Below, piece by piece: positions 50,505 to 64,000 of a stretch of DNA of 64,000 nucleotides. Below the pieces are notes generated by a model. That model did no database searches, had not been told where the DNA came from, and was given only the letters and a program-made list of their open reading frames with translations. This DNA comes from Takakia lepidozioides. Lineage: Eukaryota > Plantae > Bryophyta. Position 1 is the first letter of the stretch; the number at the start of each line of letters is the position of its first letter. The stretch spans positions 65,038,001 through 65,102,000 of the forward strand of contig CM060731.1 of assembly GCA_030704615.1 (NCBI GenBank), in the 5' to 3' direction. The position numbers and the translations under genes are program-made.

Positions 50505-52665
50505 TATGCACAGCAGGGGCGCGGGATGGTGGCTTTGGAGACCTATGAGCAAATGATGGGGAAGCGGTGAAGCCCGACCACATACTGTTTGTGTGTGTTT
50601 GCAATGCGTGTGCGAGCCTGGCAGCCCTGGAAAAGAGGTCTATGGTGACATTGTTAAAGCTGGAATTGTACCCTATGTCATTCTGAACTCTGCCTTGGTG
50701 GACATGTATGCCAAATGTGGGAGCGAAGTAGAGTGTGAAGGAATTGGTCAAGCAGGTCTTGACTGAAGCAGCCATGATAATGCTTTGTGGATTGATCCAA
50801 TCGATCGCAATTTCGTCATGGAATGCAATGATCACAGGATATGCTCAGCATGGGTATGGTAGGGAGGCTTTGGAGATCTATGAACAAATGATACGAGAAG
50901 GGGTGACACCCAGCAAGGTCACATTCATCTGTGTACTCAATGTGTGTTCCAGCCTGTCAGCTCTAGAAAAAGGGCCAAGAAGTCCATGCTGACATTAGGA
51001 AAGCTGGAATCTGTGTCCTATAGAAATTTGGAGACTGCCCTTGTTGACATGTATGCCAACTGCAGTAGCATGGAGGATGCACATCAAGTATTCAACAATA
51101 TGGCTGAATGAGATGTGGTCACATGGAGTGCAATGATCGCCGGATATACTCAGAATGGGTGTGAGAGGGAGGCCTTGGAGATGTATGAGCAAATGATCGG
51201 GCAAGTAATAACAACCGGAGAGATTAAATGGAGGATAATTCCCCAACCTGGACAGACCTGTTTGAGGTCATAACCTCGGGATCCCTGAGCAATCGCTGCC
51301 GTTGTAGCACATTGACAACAAGAAAGTACAGCATCTGCCACAGACAGTATGCAAATAGAGGCACGACAAATAACCATGTCCAGACTCCTAAGTGCTTGAC
51401 CACTCTCCAACAAGGGCCATGCTGGCCAAGGGCCTGTTTCATGCCCAGAATGATGCGAGAATGTGCTTGGATCCCACCAGCGAATTATAAAAAGCACCGT
51501 TCCTGCAAAGAACCACCAACTTCTTAATCAGATCAGGTCGAAAAGCATACATAACAAATTCAACAGATGAAAAGTCGCTATGAAGTGCCATGCTCACCTG
51601 GAAGTAAATGTATAAGCACACTAACAATCTTGTCAATGGAGCTGAAGACAAGACTACAGCGCCACACAATCAATGCCCATGCCAATGGTCCCTGCACGAA
51701 TGCCAGAAGTAAAACGATGTAAAAAAAACGTGATGGGTGTCCACACTACAGCCAATACGAAACAGAGTGGCTTGATAATACACTGACCTCAGAGAAAGAG
51801 AAGCAGATTAAAAACAACTTGTCATTGTTTGGGAAGAAGAGGAGCATGGCCACAAATATTACATTGGCGTAGTAGCAAAAATCCTGCCACACGAACAGGA
51901 TTTTAGACCACTTTGTAATGCCCGGTAAGTATCCTAATATAGTCAAATGGTTTCCCAATTCAAACACTTGATTAGACTGTCTGCTCAGCTGTTAGTAGAA
52001 GGCATAATAAAGGGGGAGAGGGTGTCGCTACCCAGGTTTACACTACCTGCTCTGTGAAATATGTCAAAACTCATTTGCATTCTCAATGTGTGTGCCAGCC
52101 AGGCAGCACTGCAAAAGGGCATTGAGGTCCATGCTGACGTCATGAAAGCTGGACTTGCATCTATAAACTTAGAGAAGACCCTTGTGGACATGTAGGCCAA
52201 ATGTGGGAGCATGAAGGAGGCACGTGAAGTGTTTGACAACATGGCTGAACGGGATGGAGTCTCGTGGAACATAATGACAGCCGGATATGCCCATTGGTTT
52301 GGTAGGGAAGCCCTCCAACTATTTGAACAGATGCAACAGGAGGGCTTCAGACCAGATGGGATCACATTTATATCTCTTCTCTCAGCTTGTAGCCATCTGG
52401 GCTTGGCCTTCAGTACTTCGATTCCATGAGTGCAGATCACGGCCTCACTCCTACAGTTGAGCATTTTGGCTGCAGAGTGGACCTTCTTAGCCGTGCAGGG
52501 CAATTGAAGGCAGAAGACTTCATTAAGAAAATGCCAACTGAGCCAGGTGCTTCGGTGTGGGGGGCCTTGCTTGGTGCATGCAGAATTCATCGCAATGTGG
52601 AGGTAGCAGAACGTGCAGCAAAATCCCGTCTTGCTGGAAGAGAAACTTCTACAGTGGTGGAATAA
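50505..52665 (+). pseudogene. PLS-E PPR pseudogene, copy 2
   Basis: Mirror of 14098-16258. Confidence 0.9.
51258..51883 (-). pseudogene. GPCAT three-exon fragment, copy 2
   Basis: Mirror of 14880-15505. Confidence 0.85.
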
Positions 52666-52745
52666 AGAATTTCAATCAATAAAATGAAAGAACAATTTGG
52701 GCTGTCCAGTCCAGACTCGGCCAAGTTTCTTTATGAACTTCTCCT

Positions 52746-53658
52746 CTAATAACTTCCCTCACCCACGTCTGCATATATCCGCTTCTTGTGGTGCACTTCC
52801 CTCTCTTCCATGACTGGCAAACACTGCTTGACCCCTGCAGCTTCTTCTATCTCCATGGCATCCATTTTGCCTGACAAAGCTTGCTTCTCGGAGATGGTGG
52901 CTTGCAGGGTCACTCTCAGGGAAGGGCTCACTTTGCGTGTAGCCTTTCCAGCATGTCTTCTCCTTTTCACTAGCAAAGACCTCTGAATCCCACTAGGTCT
53001 GCCAAGCATAAGAAGAGAGATGGCAGCATCCTCTTCCACACTCCCAGTTGCTGACCCAGAAGCAGGCCCTGCTCTGTGGGGGTGCCTATTCTTGCGCAAG
53101 GAATGCCTTGGAAACTTGTGCTGCAATGCAAGGAGTGCAAGGAGGACATCCCTGTTTCTTACAGTCCGCTTTCGTTTGGCACCCCAGATGGGAGAGATAA
53201 TCCCTGATTGCTTGGGGGGGATGAAAAGAACTCATCTTGTCCGGGCTCTTTCATTGCCAAAAACTTGCAATTTATTGAGCAAAACCGAAACTCTGTGCCA
53301 TTATTCCACCAAGACAGGTCTGGCACTTGGGGCCTTCCTTTATGGTATGCATTGAGGGCGACCTGCCATGAAGATGAAGAATGCTCTCCGAGTTTATCAC
53401 ATATAGCTGGATGCTGGAAACGTCCATAACAGCTTGGATTTCGCTGCTGCGGACTGCATCCCTCCTGGAGGCTTTCCTGACCTGCAAGATCTTGTGGCCA
53501 AAATGGGCGTTGAGATCATTGGGACACAAAGGGCCCAAACTGCACTCCACACAGAATCGGGTCTTGTCTCGCTCGTGCTTCTCACATTTCGTAGAGTAGT
53601 GAGCCCCTAAAAAATTGGGGAGCCAAACTGGACGCCCTTTCTTCTCCTCCACCATCAT
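52746..53658 (-). pseudogene. PLATZ copy 2, frameshifted
   Basis: Mirror of 13103-14017 with two single-base losses (~53296 and ~53186), which split it into ORFs 53272-53937 and 52746-53126. Confidence 0.8.
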
Positions 53659-53934
53659 CAGTTCTCTTCCAAGGATTACCTGTGAATGCTCAAAGAAGCG
53701 GACAGTTGGTATCTTCTCTTCATTGTCCGAGCAGCATAAGATGGGCAAGCTTCCCTCTCTCTCTCTTCCTGTATGTGTCCCTCGCTGGATGTGGATGTCT
53801 GTGAGTCGGAAAAGCAAAAGCAGAAGGAATGAGCGAATAGAGCAAAATACCTCTTCAATTCTACTCTCCCTTGTTACAAAACTTCTGGCCTCCTCCTTTT
53901 CTTTCCCCGGCGTAAACTTGCGCCCACACGCATG

Positions 53935-55424
53935 CACGAGCTATCTCTCACTTCTCCTCCGCCACCATAAAATCTCTTCCAGATACCTGTGAATGAGGGA
54001 AACAAGCACTTGATATCTAGAGCTTCAATTCCATTCTCGTCACACATACACCTCTTCTCCATATACCTCTTCTTTTCCTCGATGGAGTAAAATCAGTCTC
54101 GTCAATCTCTCACTCAATTCTGTCGCACTGAAGCCTTCCAGAAGTGACCACTATGAAAGCTCAAGCTCAAGGTCGCTTTGCCGCTAACTCAATCTCCCGA
54201 AGCATTGATTCGAATTTGAAGCATTGGATCAAGAATGAATGAGGACGTATGAGGCGAACCATGCTCTGCGCAAGCTTCTCTCCCGGTGCGCGATCGGAGC
54301 GATTGAGCGAAAGATTTAGGTGCACTGCACTGCGCAGGCACATTCGCATGCACACGCGCAGCGAGCTTCCCGCTGTCTCTCTCACTCTGCCTCGCTCGCT
54401 CGATCGAGAATCCCAAATGTGCGAGCTATCTCTCACTTCTCTTGTGCCACCATAAAATTTCTTCCTTATACAGATACCTGTGAATGAGGGAAACGAGAAT
54501 TTGATATCTAGAGCTCCCATTCCACTCTCGTCACACAGACACCTCTTCTCCATATAGGTACCTCTTCTTTTGATAGAGTAAAATCAATCTCAGTCAATTT
54601 CTCACGCAATTCTGTCGCACTGAAGCCTCCGGTTTGCAAATGACCACTCTGAAAGCTCAACCTCAAGGTTGCGTTGCCGCTAACTCAATCTCCCGAAGCA
54701 TTGAAATTTGAAGCATTGAATCAAGCATGAATGAGGACGTATGAGGCGAACCATGCTCCGCACTTGCGCAAGCTTCTCTCACGGTGCTCGATCGGAGCGA
54801 TTGAGCGAAAGATTGAGGTGAACAGCACTGCACACGCACATTCGCATGCACACGCGCAGCGAGCTTCCCTCTTTCTCTCTCACTCTGCCTCGCTCGCTCG
54901 ATCGAGAATTCGCCGTGGGGTGCCCAAATGTGCGAGCTATCTCTCACTTCTCTTGTGCCACCATAAAATTTCTTCCTTATACAGACACCTGTGAATGAGG
55001 GAAACGAGCATTTCATATCTAGCGCTCCCATTCCACTCTCGTCACACAGACACCTCTTCTCCGTATAGGTACCTCTTCTTTTGATAGAGTAAAATCAATC
55101 TCGGTCAATTTCTCACGCAATTCTGTTGCACTGAAGCCTTCGGGTTTGCAAATGACCACTCTTAAAGCTCAACCTCAAGGTTGCGTTGCTGTCCTCATTC
55201 ATTCTCGATCTTTAATGCTTCAAATTTCAATCAATGCTTCCACAGATTGAGTTAGCGTATGAGGCCAACCATGCTCCGCACATGCGCAAGCTTCTCTCCC
55301 AGTGCTCGATCGGAGCGATTGAGCGAAAGATTGAGGTGAACAGCACTGCACACGCACATTCGCATGCACACGCGCAGCGAGCTTCCCTCTTTCTCTCTCA
55401 CTCTGCCTCGCTCGCTCGATCGAT
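53935..55424. repeat. Three ~500-bp tandem repeats, copy 2
   Basis: Mirror of 11337-12826. Confidence 0.9.
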
Positions 55425-56143
55425 AAGTCGCTGCGGGATGCGCAGCAACTAGAAACGGACCGAACGAGGCGATCTCGGTGCATCGTAGCGTGCCACGTGC
55501 CGACCCGGATCTGCACCAAGCACTTGGATCTGCCGCCACTTAGCGATGCTGCAGAGGATCGTACTTAGCGTGAGGCAGCACCCTCAATATGCGGATTGCT
55601 ATGGCGTCAGCACAGACAGAGTTTTGCAAAAAATAGTTGTACATTCTGTTCATGGCAAGAAAACATTACAGGCAGAACCCATGGCAATGGTAGTTGCACA
55701 TGTTGGTCCAAAGCCAAGAGGGTCAAAAATGAAGAAAAGGTGCTGAAAGGAAAGCACTCCATAATTGATCATAAAATCCATTGTCCAAGCATGATATCTT
55801 AATTGGAATGCAAAGGGAGTGTTACCACCTTAAGCTATCATGCATAGTCTATAACTGGAGTGCACAAATCTAGCACATCTAATCCCCATCATCCTCATCT
55901 ATGTCTGGGTCACTGCATGTATCACTGTCTTCATCACAAACTTCATCTTGTCCAAGGGTTGGCTGAACATCATGACCACTACTACGGGGTGCTCGGAGGT
56001 ACAAGGAGGCCGCCTGCTCTGGAGTAACCAGTACCGCTCGGCTGCGTGTTGGACCATCAGTTACCAGAGTCTCCTCTAGTCTTTGTGGGGCTAACAATCC
56101 TTCCACTTCCGCCACATCATCATTAGCAATTGATATGTAGCAG

Positions 56144-58813
56144 ACCATGGATCTCTTTGCCCTTTCCCAGGGCTGCCATGCTCGCACGGGCATTGCAAAC
56201 GCCAAGAAATGTGATGTGGTCGGGTTTCATCCCTTCGTCCATCATTTGCTCATAGGTATCCAAAGCCTCCATCCCGTGACCCTGCTGGGCATATCCTGCG
56301 ATCATCGCGTTCCATGACACCACATCTCGCTAAGCCATCGTATCAAACACTGCCTTTGCATCCTCGATGGACCCACATTTGGCATACATATCCACCAGGG
56401 TAGAGTTCAAAATGACATTGGGTACAATTCCAGCTTTGACAATGTCACCATGGACCTCTTTGCTCTTTTCCAGAGCTGCCAGGCTTGCACATGCATTGCA
56501 AATGCACACAAACGTGATGTGGTCGACCTTCACCCCTTCCCCCTTCATTTGATCATAGGTCTCCAAAGCCTCCATCCCACGTCCCTGCTGTGCATACCCT
56601 GCAAGCATCGCGTTCCATGACACCACATCTCGTTCAGCCATAGTGTTGAAAACTCCCTTCGCATCCTTAATGCACCCACATTTGACATACATGTCCACCA
56701 GGGCAGTGTTCAGAATGACATCTGGTACAATTCCAGCTTTGACGATGTCACCATGGACCTTTTTCCCCTTTTCCAGAGCTCCCAGGCTTGCAAAAGCATT
56801 GCAAACACAAACAAATGTAACGTGGTTGGGCTTCACCCCTTCGTGAAGCATTTGCTCATAGGTCGCCAAAGCATTCCTACCACACCCATGCTTGGTAAAT
56901 CCTACCAACATTATATTCCACGTGATCAAAGATCGTTGAGGCATTCTGTTGAACACTTGGTGAGCATCCATGATGTTCCCGCACTTAACATACATGTTGA
57001 CAAGGGTGTTGAGGAGAAAAACACTTGGCGTGAATCCACTTTGGATAATGTGAGTGTGCACCTGCTTTCCAGCTTCCAGACCTTTCATCTTGATGCACTT
57101 AAGCAAGAGACAGACATACGTCTCAGAATTTGCTGAAATGCCCCCTTGGTTAAAAGTCTGTAGAGCCTCTTTCAGTCTACCTGCCTCACAAAGCATCTCA
57201 ACATGCCCAGAAGTGCCAGAAGAGGCATTGTGGACTCCCTCTCTTGATCCTCTTTCAGAAGCTGTGGTGATGGTTGAGGTGCCTGATTTTATCAACTGTG
57301 CCGCTGCAGCAGCTGCCTTTAGTTGACCATCTACCCATGCAGGTTTCTTGTAGCTACTGATCCACAGGGAATCATACGTAATCTTGTGTTTGAAATCTGG
57401 CCCTCTTGAATGAATCTGGACACACACTCCATCCCTGCTCCTTCAGCTATCACTGCCTGTGCACAAATCATGCATACATCATTGCCTTGCTGCTAGCAGT
57501 TGACAATGACAGCCTAGATTTGTTCTAGGAAACACCCAACTCAACTAATCACACTAGTTCCTATGCTCAATAACATCTGTTACTCTCTGTAATCCAACAG
57601 GCATTCACCTTTTTGCCTCGATTGTCCCACCATTGATTGGGGTCAGAAAAGTACTCATTCCATAGTTGATCCTCGTCTGTGTGACATGTTTCTGGATACT
57701 TTCCTGTTGTCACATTGGCAGTATCATGTCGAAGTCACTCCAAACTATCAAAGATTCACTCAACCAGCTAACTTGCAGAATTCAACATGGAATTTTAGGG
57801 CCAATTCTGATAAGAGGGAAAAACAGGGTGAAATGTGTTGAAGAAGGTGCCTTCATTAGCAGTGCCTGATTTTATCAAATGTGCCGCTGCTGCTGCGGCT
57901 TCACCATCTACCCATGCAGGTTTTTTGCAACCATTCCACAGGTAATCATAAGTAATGTTGAGCTTGAAATGCAGCCCTCTTGGATGAATCTTGACCCAAA
58001 CTCTACCCCTGCTCCTTCAGCTATCCATGCTCTGCACAAATCGTGCATACATCCTTGCCTTGCTGCTAGCAGCTGACAATGACAGCCTAGATTTGTTCCA
58101 GCAACACCCCAACCCTACTTATCACAGTAGTTCATATGCTGACTCGCGTTTCCAACAGACATTCACCTTTTTACCTCGATTGTTCCACCCTTGACTTCGG
58201 TCGGAAACATATTCATTCCAGAGCTTCTCCTCGTCTCTGTTATCTGTTTTTTGATACTTTCCTGTTGTCACATTGGCAGTAACATGTCAAAATCACTCCA
58301 AAACCACCATAGATCCACCAACGAGCTAACTTGCAGAATTCAACCTGAAAATTTAGGGACGACTCTGATAGCAGTGAAAAACACGCTCAAATGTCTTGAA
58401 GAAGGTGCCTTCATTAAGCAGTGCCTGGTTCTATCAATTGTGCTGCTGCCGCTGCTGTTTCCAGTTGACCATCTACCCACGCAGGTTTCCTCTAGCTATT
58501 GATCCACAGGGAATCAGAAGTAATCTTGTGTTTGAAATCCGGCCCTCTTGGATGAATCTAGACCTCTATCCTTGGTCCTTCAGCTATCCCTACCTGTGTA
58601 CAAATCATGAATACATTCTCAGCCCTGCTGCTAGTAGCTAACACTGACAGCGTGAAGTTCTTCCAGGAAACACCCCAACCCTACTTATTACAGTAGTTCC
58701 AATTATGAATTGCATCTGCTTCTCTCTGTAATCCAACAGGCATTTACCTTGTTGTCTCCATTGTCCCACCATTGAATGGGAAAAGTGTTCATTCCAAAGC
58801 TTTTCCTCGTCTC
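56144..58813 (-). pseudogene. OSB-type PDF repeats (x3) fused to a PLS PPR array, continuous copy
   Basis: ORF 56330-57427 runs PDFKHKITYDSLW...PAWV directly into several PPR motifs. WWDNRGKK|GT splice donor upstream. Stops in the upstream units and at 56330-56332. Confidence 0.8.
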
Positions 58814-60214
58814 TGTTATCATTTTTTGGGTACTTTCCTGCTGCCACATCGGCAGTAACCTTTCAAAGTCACTCCAAACCACCACAAATCCACCCAACGA
58901 GCTAACTTATACAATTCAATATGCAAATTCAGGGCCGAGTCTGATGAGAGGGCAAAACAGGCTGAAATAGGTCGAGGAAGAAGGTGCCCTCATCACATTG
59001 TCCTTGACCTTGTGTCATGACCCTTGGGGGGATTTGACCGACCATCAACCCAAAATGACCTCTTCTGTGTGCTGCTTGTGTCTGTAGTCAGGTCATGTCG
59101 GATTGGTCTGTGAGAACCACCACGGTGCAGCTGAGCATGCATAGATTGAAACACGGCCTGCTAAGACCAAGCTGACTCTCCCAAGAACCTTGTAAACATC
59201 AGGAAGAATACAAAATCATGGTACTAACAGGAAGAGCCAAGAGCCCACGTCTGCAGGATGGACAAACTTCTTCACATGGTACATTAAGAGAAAGCCACAC
59301 CTTGCGATTGCGGTTGTCTCACCATCGTGAAGGATCTTTAAAAAACTCATGCCAGCTCTGCTTCATGCTCCAAGGTAGACGTTTGTGCTCGAAAATCCGA
59401 CAGCATCAACATTGTGACAAGGTCCTTTACTGAGGGGTGCTAGTGAGCTTTCAACAAAATTCATGAAAGTTGTTTTGGGCTCCATTGGGCTCTACACGAT
59501 GAGGAACAACGAACATGTCCAGACTTACACAGATGCTAACGCAGCTTATGTTTGCAGTCTTGAGATTGTAGAGTCGTCTCTGAAAACGTTAAAAGCAAGT
59601 GTGGCGGATTCTGCCATTTTTTCGGCCTAATTCTCATGCCGAATCGGCCACCCAAGGCAGAATCAGCAGGGATGGCCGATTACACACAGAGGACTGCAGA
59701 CCTACCACCCAGGCCCATGTCATCAGCCATCAACCCACCTGCCTTCCCCTGAGGCTCGCCTTGTTTATATCCTCTCCGAGGCTCTGAATCTGGGCAATTG
59801 ATATGGGATAATCGAACCTCAATCATATTGCACCACGTAGCGGCGAGAATCCGCCACACCTGCTTTTAACACCAGTGAACGGGCCACGTTGGCCGACTCT
59901 GCCCTGTGCGCGGCCATAGGGCTCGCCCAAAGGCTGCTTACAGGGCAGAATCGGCCAAACACGGCCCGTTCTCTAGTACGTTCAGGAAGGGAGGCCTGAG
60001 CAGGCAAAAGCGCCGGGCACAGGAGCAGAATTGGGTCTCAAAGAGCCGCCCAGGCTGCCGCGGGCGGGCCGCTTAGGAGGCAGGTTGGGCGCCCATGGTA
60101 ACTAGTAACTACCGCCTATGCTTTTATTAATGAAACCTTGGTAAGATAATTAATGTTTACTACTACTCCGATTATTTACTGTGGTTGCAGATTAAGGTTA
60201 TTTGGCTAGAAATG

Positions 60215-61202
60215 GTTTTTTTTAATTTATTATTTTTAAAATAATATAAAGGGGATGAAGCCCCGATATTTTATTGCTAAAAATAAACCCCTGAGGGGGC
60301 CATAAGGCATACACACCTAATGGTGAGGGACGAACCCAAGACTTTAACATAGAGAGACCCATCCGGGTGGATGAAAAACCGGTGTTTGAGACCCTAGGGC
60401 TACTCCTAGAGCCTAGGCGCGATGTAGAGCTCGCGTGTTGCGAGCTCCTGAACGAGGGTGGGGAGCTGTGAAGCAGTGAAATGAATCAAGAATGATCATT
60501 AGGGAGGAAGATTGAAAAATCCTAAGATTGGAAGAACATAGAGAAAGAGGGAGACTGGACCGGCTGAATTGAGGGAAGAACAGGGAGACCAGAAGGTTGG
60601 CAAAGGGAGACGATCTATAGTGTGGCAGAGAAGAAATGAAGAGAGCCTACAATGAATTGGAGCCTAGACCGGCTGCTTGAAAAGGGGGAGATGAAAACAA
60701 TGTAGAAGCCTAATTGAGACTCGGTACATGCAAGGAATAAAAAAAAAATAGAGACGGCGAGCGAATGCTGCAGGCAGCCGAGTGACTCAAAGAAGCTTAG
60801 TTGCCAAAGCTGAGCCTGGTGGAGCAGCTTCCACCCGCGTGCTTCTAGTTCACTTCTCTGTCGAACTTAGGTGAGTCAAGGTATCGGTATTGTTGCCCTC
60901 TGCCAGGAGATAGGCGGGCCTCTGGTCCACTGGCAGCTTGACGACGAAGCGCAGCTGCATAGGATGTCATCTCTGCCCCACGAGCGTTGGAATTTTTTGA
61001 GGAGCCTAGGTTCAGCCTCTGCATCCCTACTGATGTCTGCAATAAATTTTATCCAAGCTTTCCTCCCTTCAACTTGAACTTCATGGAATATGGTGGATGG
61101 CAAGACAGAGAGACATGCTCTCTCCCCACTCATTGTCCAATTGCATCTAACCTTCCAGATATTCCATAGTGTTATTGATCTGAAAGATTCAAAGACAGGG
61201 CA
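60215..61202 (-). mobile_element. L1 fragment, copy 3
   Basis: Homologous to 26003-26984. Confidence 0.8.
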
Positions 61203-64000
61203 TGTCGCGGCCCTTTGCCTTGAGGGCAAGGGGTTGGGACACAAGAGGGGCTGCCCCTGTGGTGGGGGCAGTGGCAGCGATAGGTATGGGGGGGCTGAAG
61301 CACCCTTGAGTGCCCAAGGCACTCAAGGAGGCGGAGGCACTCACTAGGTGGAGCCCCGCACACCGGGTTGCGGTGGGGGTGGCTCCACAAGGGGTGGTGG
61401 TAGCTTAGCGGGACTTAGTGGGGGTGGCATAGGACTCACCATGGGGCGGAGACCTCGTGGTGGGAGTCGTGGGGAGTCTTGGGACTCATCACGGTCCATA
61501 GGGGCCGTGGTGGGTGGGCCAAGACTCACCGCGACTCATCACCGGGAATCGAGGGTGTTCGTGGTGGTTCGCCATAAAATGGCATGGTTGTTTGTGAAAC
61601 CCCCGCGGACAGCTACAGAAGTATATATAGGGAGTAGTCACCCCGAGAACGGTGCAAGCCCGTTGGTGACCAAAAACTAGTGAGTAAGCGAGCGAGCCGG
61701 AAAGCGACCAAAGAGTGGGGAGCTGTTCCGGACTGCCAACTACCAAAGGGAATTCCGCTTGTTCCAAATCGTTGGAGGGTTCTTTGGGAGATCAAAGGGG
61801 GGACCGTTATGCCCCGGTGAGCAGCTGGAGCTCCAAGTTGGCCCCGCGCCCAGGTTGGGAGTTAGGCGCGCGCATCAAGCGAGTAACTATGACTTGAGGG
61901 GGGGGAGCTTACCGAAGTGAGGTGCACGACACTCGGTATCAGAGCTTAGAGTTAAGTACGCGATCGTCCTTGGGATTGGCCTCATCATGGGGTTGGGCAA
62001 GCCAAAGCAAAAGCGGAACGGCCCAAAAGATATGATCCTGGTGAGTCCAATGGGGGCGACGTGTCACCGAGGCGGCCGTTTGAGGAAGCGATGCATGTTT
62101 CCGAAAATGAGGCCGCTCAAGAGCGGGAGGAATTTGAGGAGTCGGAGCCTGAGGAATCCCTGAGAGCTCCGATCGACCAACAGATGCATCCCATGTCGGC
62201 AGCCTTTTGGGAAGGGTTGTTGGCGCAATTTGGCGGGACGTTGAAAGACGTGTTAAAGGTGGCTAATGCCACTTCCACTAAGGCAAAGTTTAAGGTGAAG
62301 CCTAAGGAACCTTCGAGGGCGTCCAAAATCGGAAGGCACTCAACACCTGGCTCTTGGAGCTAGAGCAGTACTTCCGGGCGGCCAAGTTGAGTGACGAGGA
62401 TCGGGTGGAAGTGGCTCCCACCTATTTGAGGGGCTATGCTCAGCAATGGTGGCAGAAACGCCTTCACGACCGAGGTCCAAGCCCGGAAACCTTGAACTGG
62501 AGTGGGTTCAAGGAATTGATGAAGATGCAATTTGTGCCCCTCAACGCGTCCTAGCTCGCCCGGGACAAGATGAGGAATTTGAAGCAAACAGATGACATTC
62601 GGGGATATGTCCAGGCTTTCAATGTGCTGTTGCTCGAAGTCGCGAACATGGCAGAAATGGTCTTCAACTTTGTGGCGGGACTAGCCCCATGGGCCAGGCG
62701 GAAGTTGGACGAGAAGCCACCTAAGACTTTGAACGAGGCAATTGAGAGGGCTGAATGTTTCTCGGACGTCCCTAAGGGTGAAAGACAAGGTTGTACGGAG
62801 CTTAACCACAAGAAGACCCGGCGGGAAGGTGACTCTTTCCGACCAGAAAAGAAGTGGGATAGGCCACGCGGCGATAATGGCACGTGGAAATCGAAGGGAG
62901 GGCCTTCAAAAGTCAAGGCGGCACCCGGTGCTTCGAAAGGAAAAGCGGGTGGAGTGGCCTATGGCGGACAGAAGGCGACCTTTGATGGAGTGTGTTTCAA
63001 TTGCGGGGAGCCCGGGCACATGGCTAAGAAGTGCATGAAGCCCCGGCAATTGAACATGACTTGGGCGACCACGGAGCTGTCGGAAGATACCATCAGTCGC
63101 TTGGTGGAAGCGGTGGTCGCCAGGACTTGCAAGGTAGGCAAATTTTCTTGTGAGTTGTATCAGGAAACTGGCGCCTTACGTAAAGGGAGTCAGTTAGTGT
63201 TCGTGGATGGGATAATATCCGGAACTAACGTGTCGTTGTTGGTGGACACAGGAGCGTTGCACTCCTTCATGACACCGGCAACGGCACAAAAGCTGGGACT
63301 CCCGACAAGTGACGTGGGGGTCTCTATTGAGGTGCGTTCTGCCAGAGAAGAACCGCAATTGGCGATAAGGTTGGCGTTTGATGTTCATCTTCAACTGGGG
63401 AGTTGGGAGGGACGTGAGAACTTCACCGTCTGCGAGATCGATGGAGTGGATCTCATTTTGGGGATGACCTTTTTGAGCAAATCCGGAACGGTCATAGATG
63501 GCCGCAAGAGGGTAGTCACGCTGCCATGTGGGTATGGTGGCGAGGTCTTACGAGTTTCGGAAACGCCCAAACCCGTGGGAGGGCGAATAAACCTTCTGTC
63601 AGCAAGGGAGTGGGCCGTGGAGGAGGCACACGAGCCCCAGTTTTTGCTCTACATTAGAGAAGTGAAGGGATAAGCCGATGGGGAGCCGAGCCCAGATTGG
63701 ATCAAGGGGATTTTGGAGAAATACCATGATGTGATGCCGAAGGATTTGCCAAGCGGCTTGCCACCGCGAAGAGGAGTTGACCACAAGATTGAGGTGATAC
63801 CGGGATCGGAACCGCCTGCCAAGGCGCCCTACCGGTTGAGCCACAGAGAGTTGTTCGAGCTGAAGACTCAGCTCAAGGATCTAATGTCAAAGGGGTACAT
63901 CCGGCCGAGTAAGTCACCTTACGGAGCCCCGGTGCTATTTGCAGACAAGAAGGATGGGACGCTGCGGATGTGTATCGATTACAGGGCTCTGAATAAGGTG
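61203..64000 (+). mobile_element. Second copy of the chromovirus at the identical site (5' LTR 61203-61931, gag-PR-RT, runs off the window)
   Basis: Same GGGCA|TGTCGC junction. PBS mutated to CGGTATCAGAGC. Extra stops at 62552-62554 and 63671-63673. Confidence 0.95.

Larger units (their letters stand above)
25482..59694. repeat. Copy 2 (most complete) of the ~34.2-kb tandem unit
   Basis: Homologous ORFs recur at an offset of 34,213 (25386/59599, 23778/57991, 23214/57427). Confidence 0.95.

Noticed and set aside
25482-59694. Autonomous Helitron as the unit
   Set aside because: No Rep/helicase motifs are seen, and no convincing 5'-TC / 3'-hairpin-CTRR pair bounds the unit.
1-64000. tRNA/rRNA genes
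   Set aside because: None recognised. The only tRNA-related sequence is the retrotransposon PBS.

Overview
Eukaryotic, TE-saturated DNA from a land plant, probably seed-free (spliceosomal GT-AG introns, PLS-class PPR genes, PLATZ, plant Ty3/gypsy with tRNA-iMet PBS). The window holds about 2.1 tandem copies of a ~34.2-kb composite unit. Copy 2 (25482-59694) is the most complete. Copy 3 starts at ~59695. Copy 1 (2891-25481) lacks the chromovirus insertion, has a ~4.7-kb deletion, and carries a clean 12.6-kb inversion (9980-22571). The most notable part is a ~12.8-kb block (~36.1-48.9 kb). It holds a Mutator-like transposase (GCM/WRKY-like zinc finger, DDE, SWIM) set head-to-head with a multi-exon gene encoding a ParB/Srx-like domain plus a beta-class N6A/N4C DNA-methyltransferase-like domain. 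Arrays of the palindrome ATTTCGGCGCCGAAAT lie between the genes, 3' of the MTase gene and inside its introns, phased at ~63-66 bp. The unit also holds a degenerate OSB-type PDF-repeat/PPR fusion gene, an intronless PLATZ ORF, a PPR-E pseudogene interrupted by an intron-bearing GPCAT fragment, and hAT, copia and L1 fragments. A full-length chromovirus has a 5-bp TSD, and its empty site is visible in copy 1. Most ORFs are pseudogenised. All domain calls are by eye from motifs; no searches were run.
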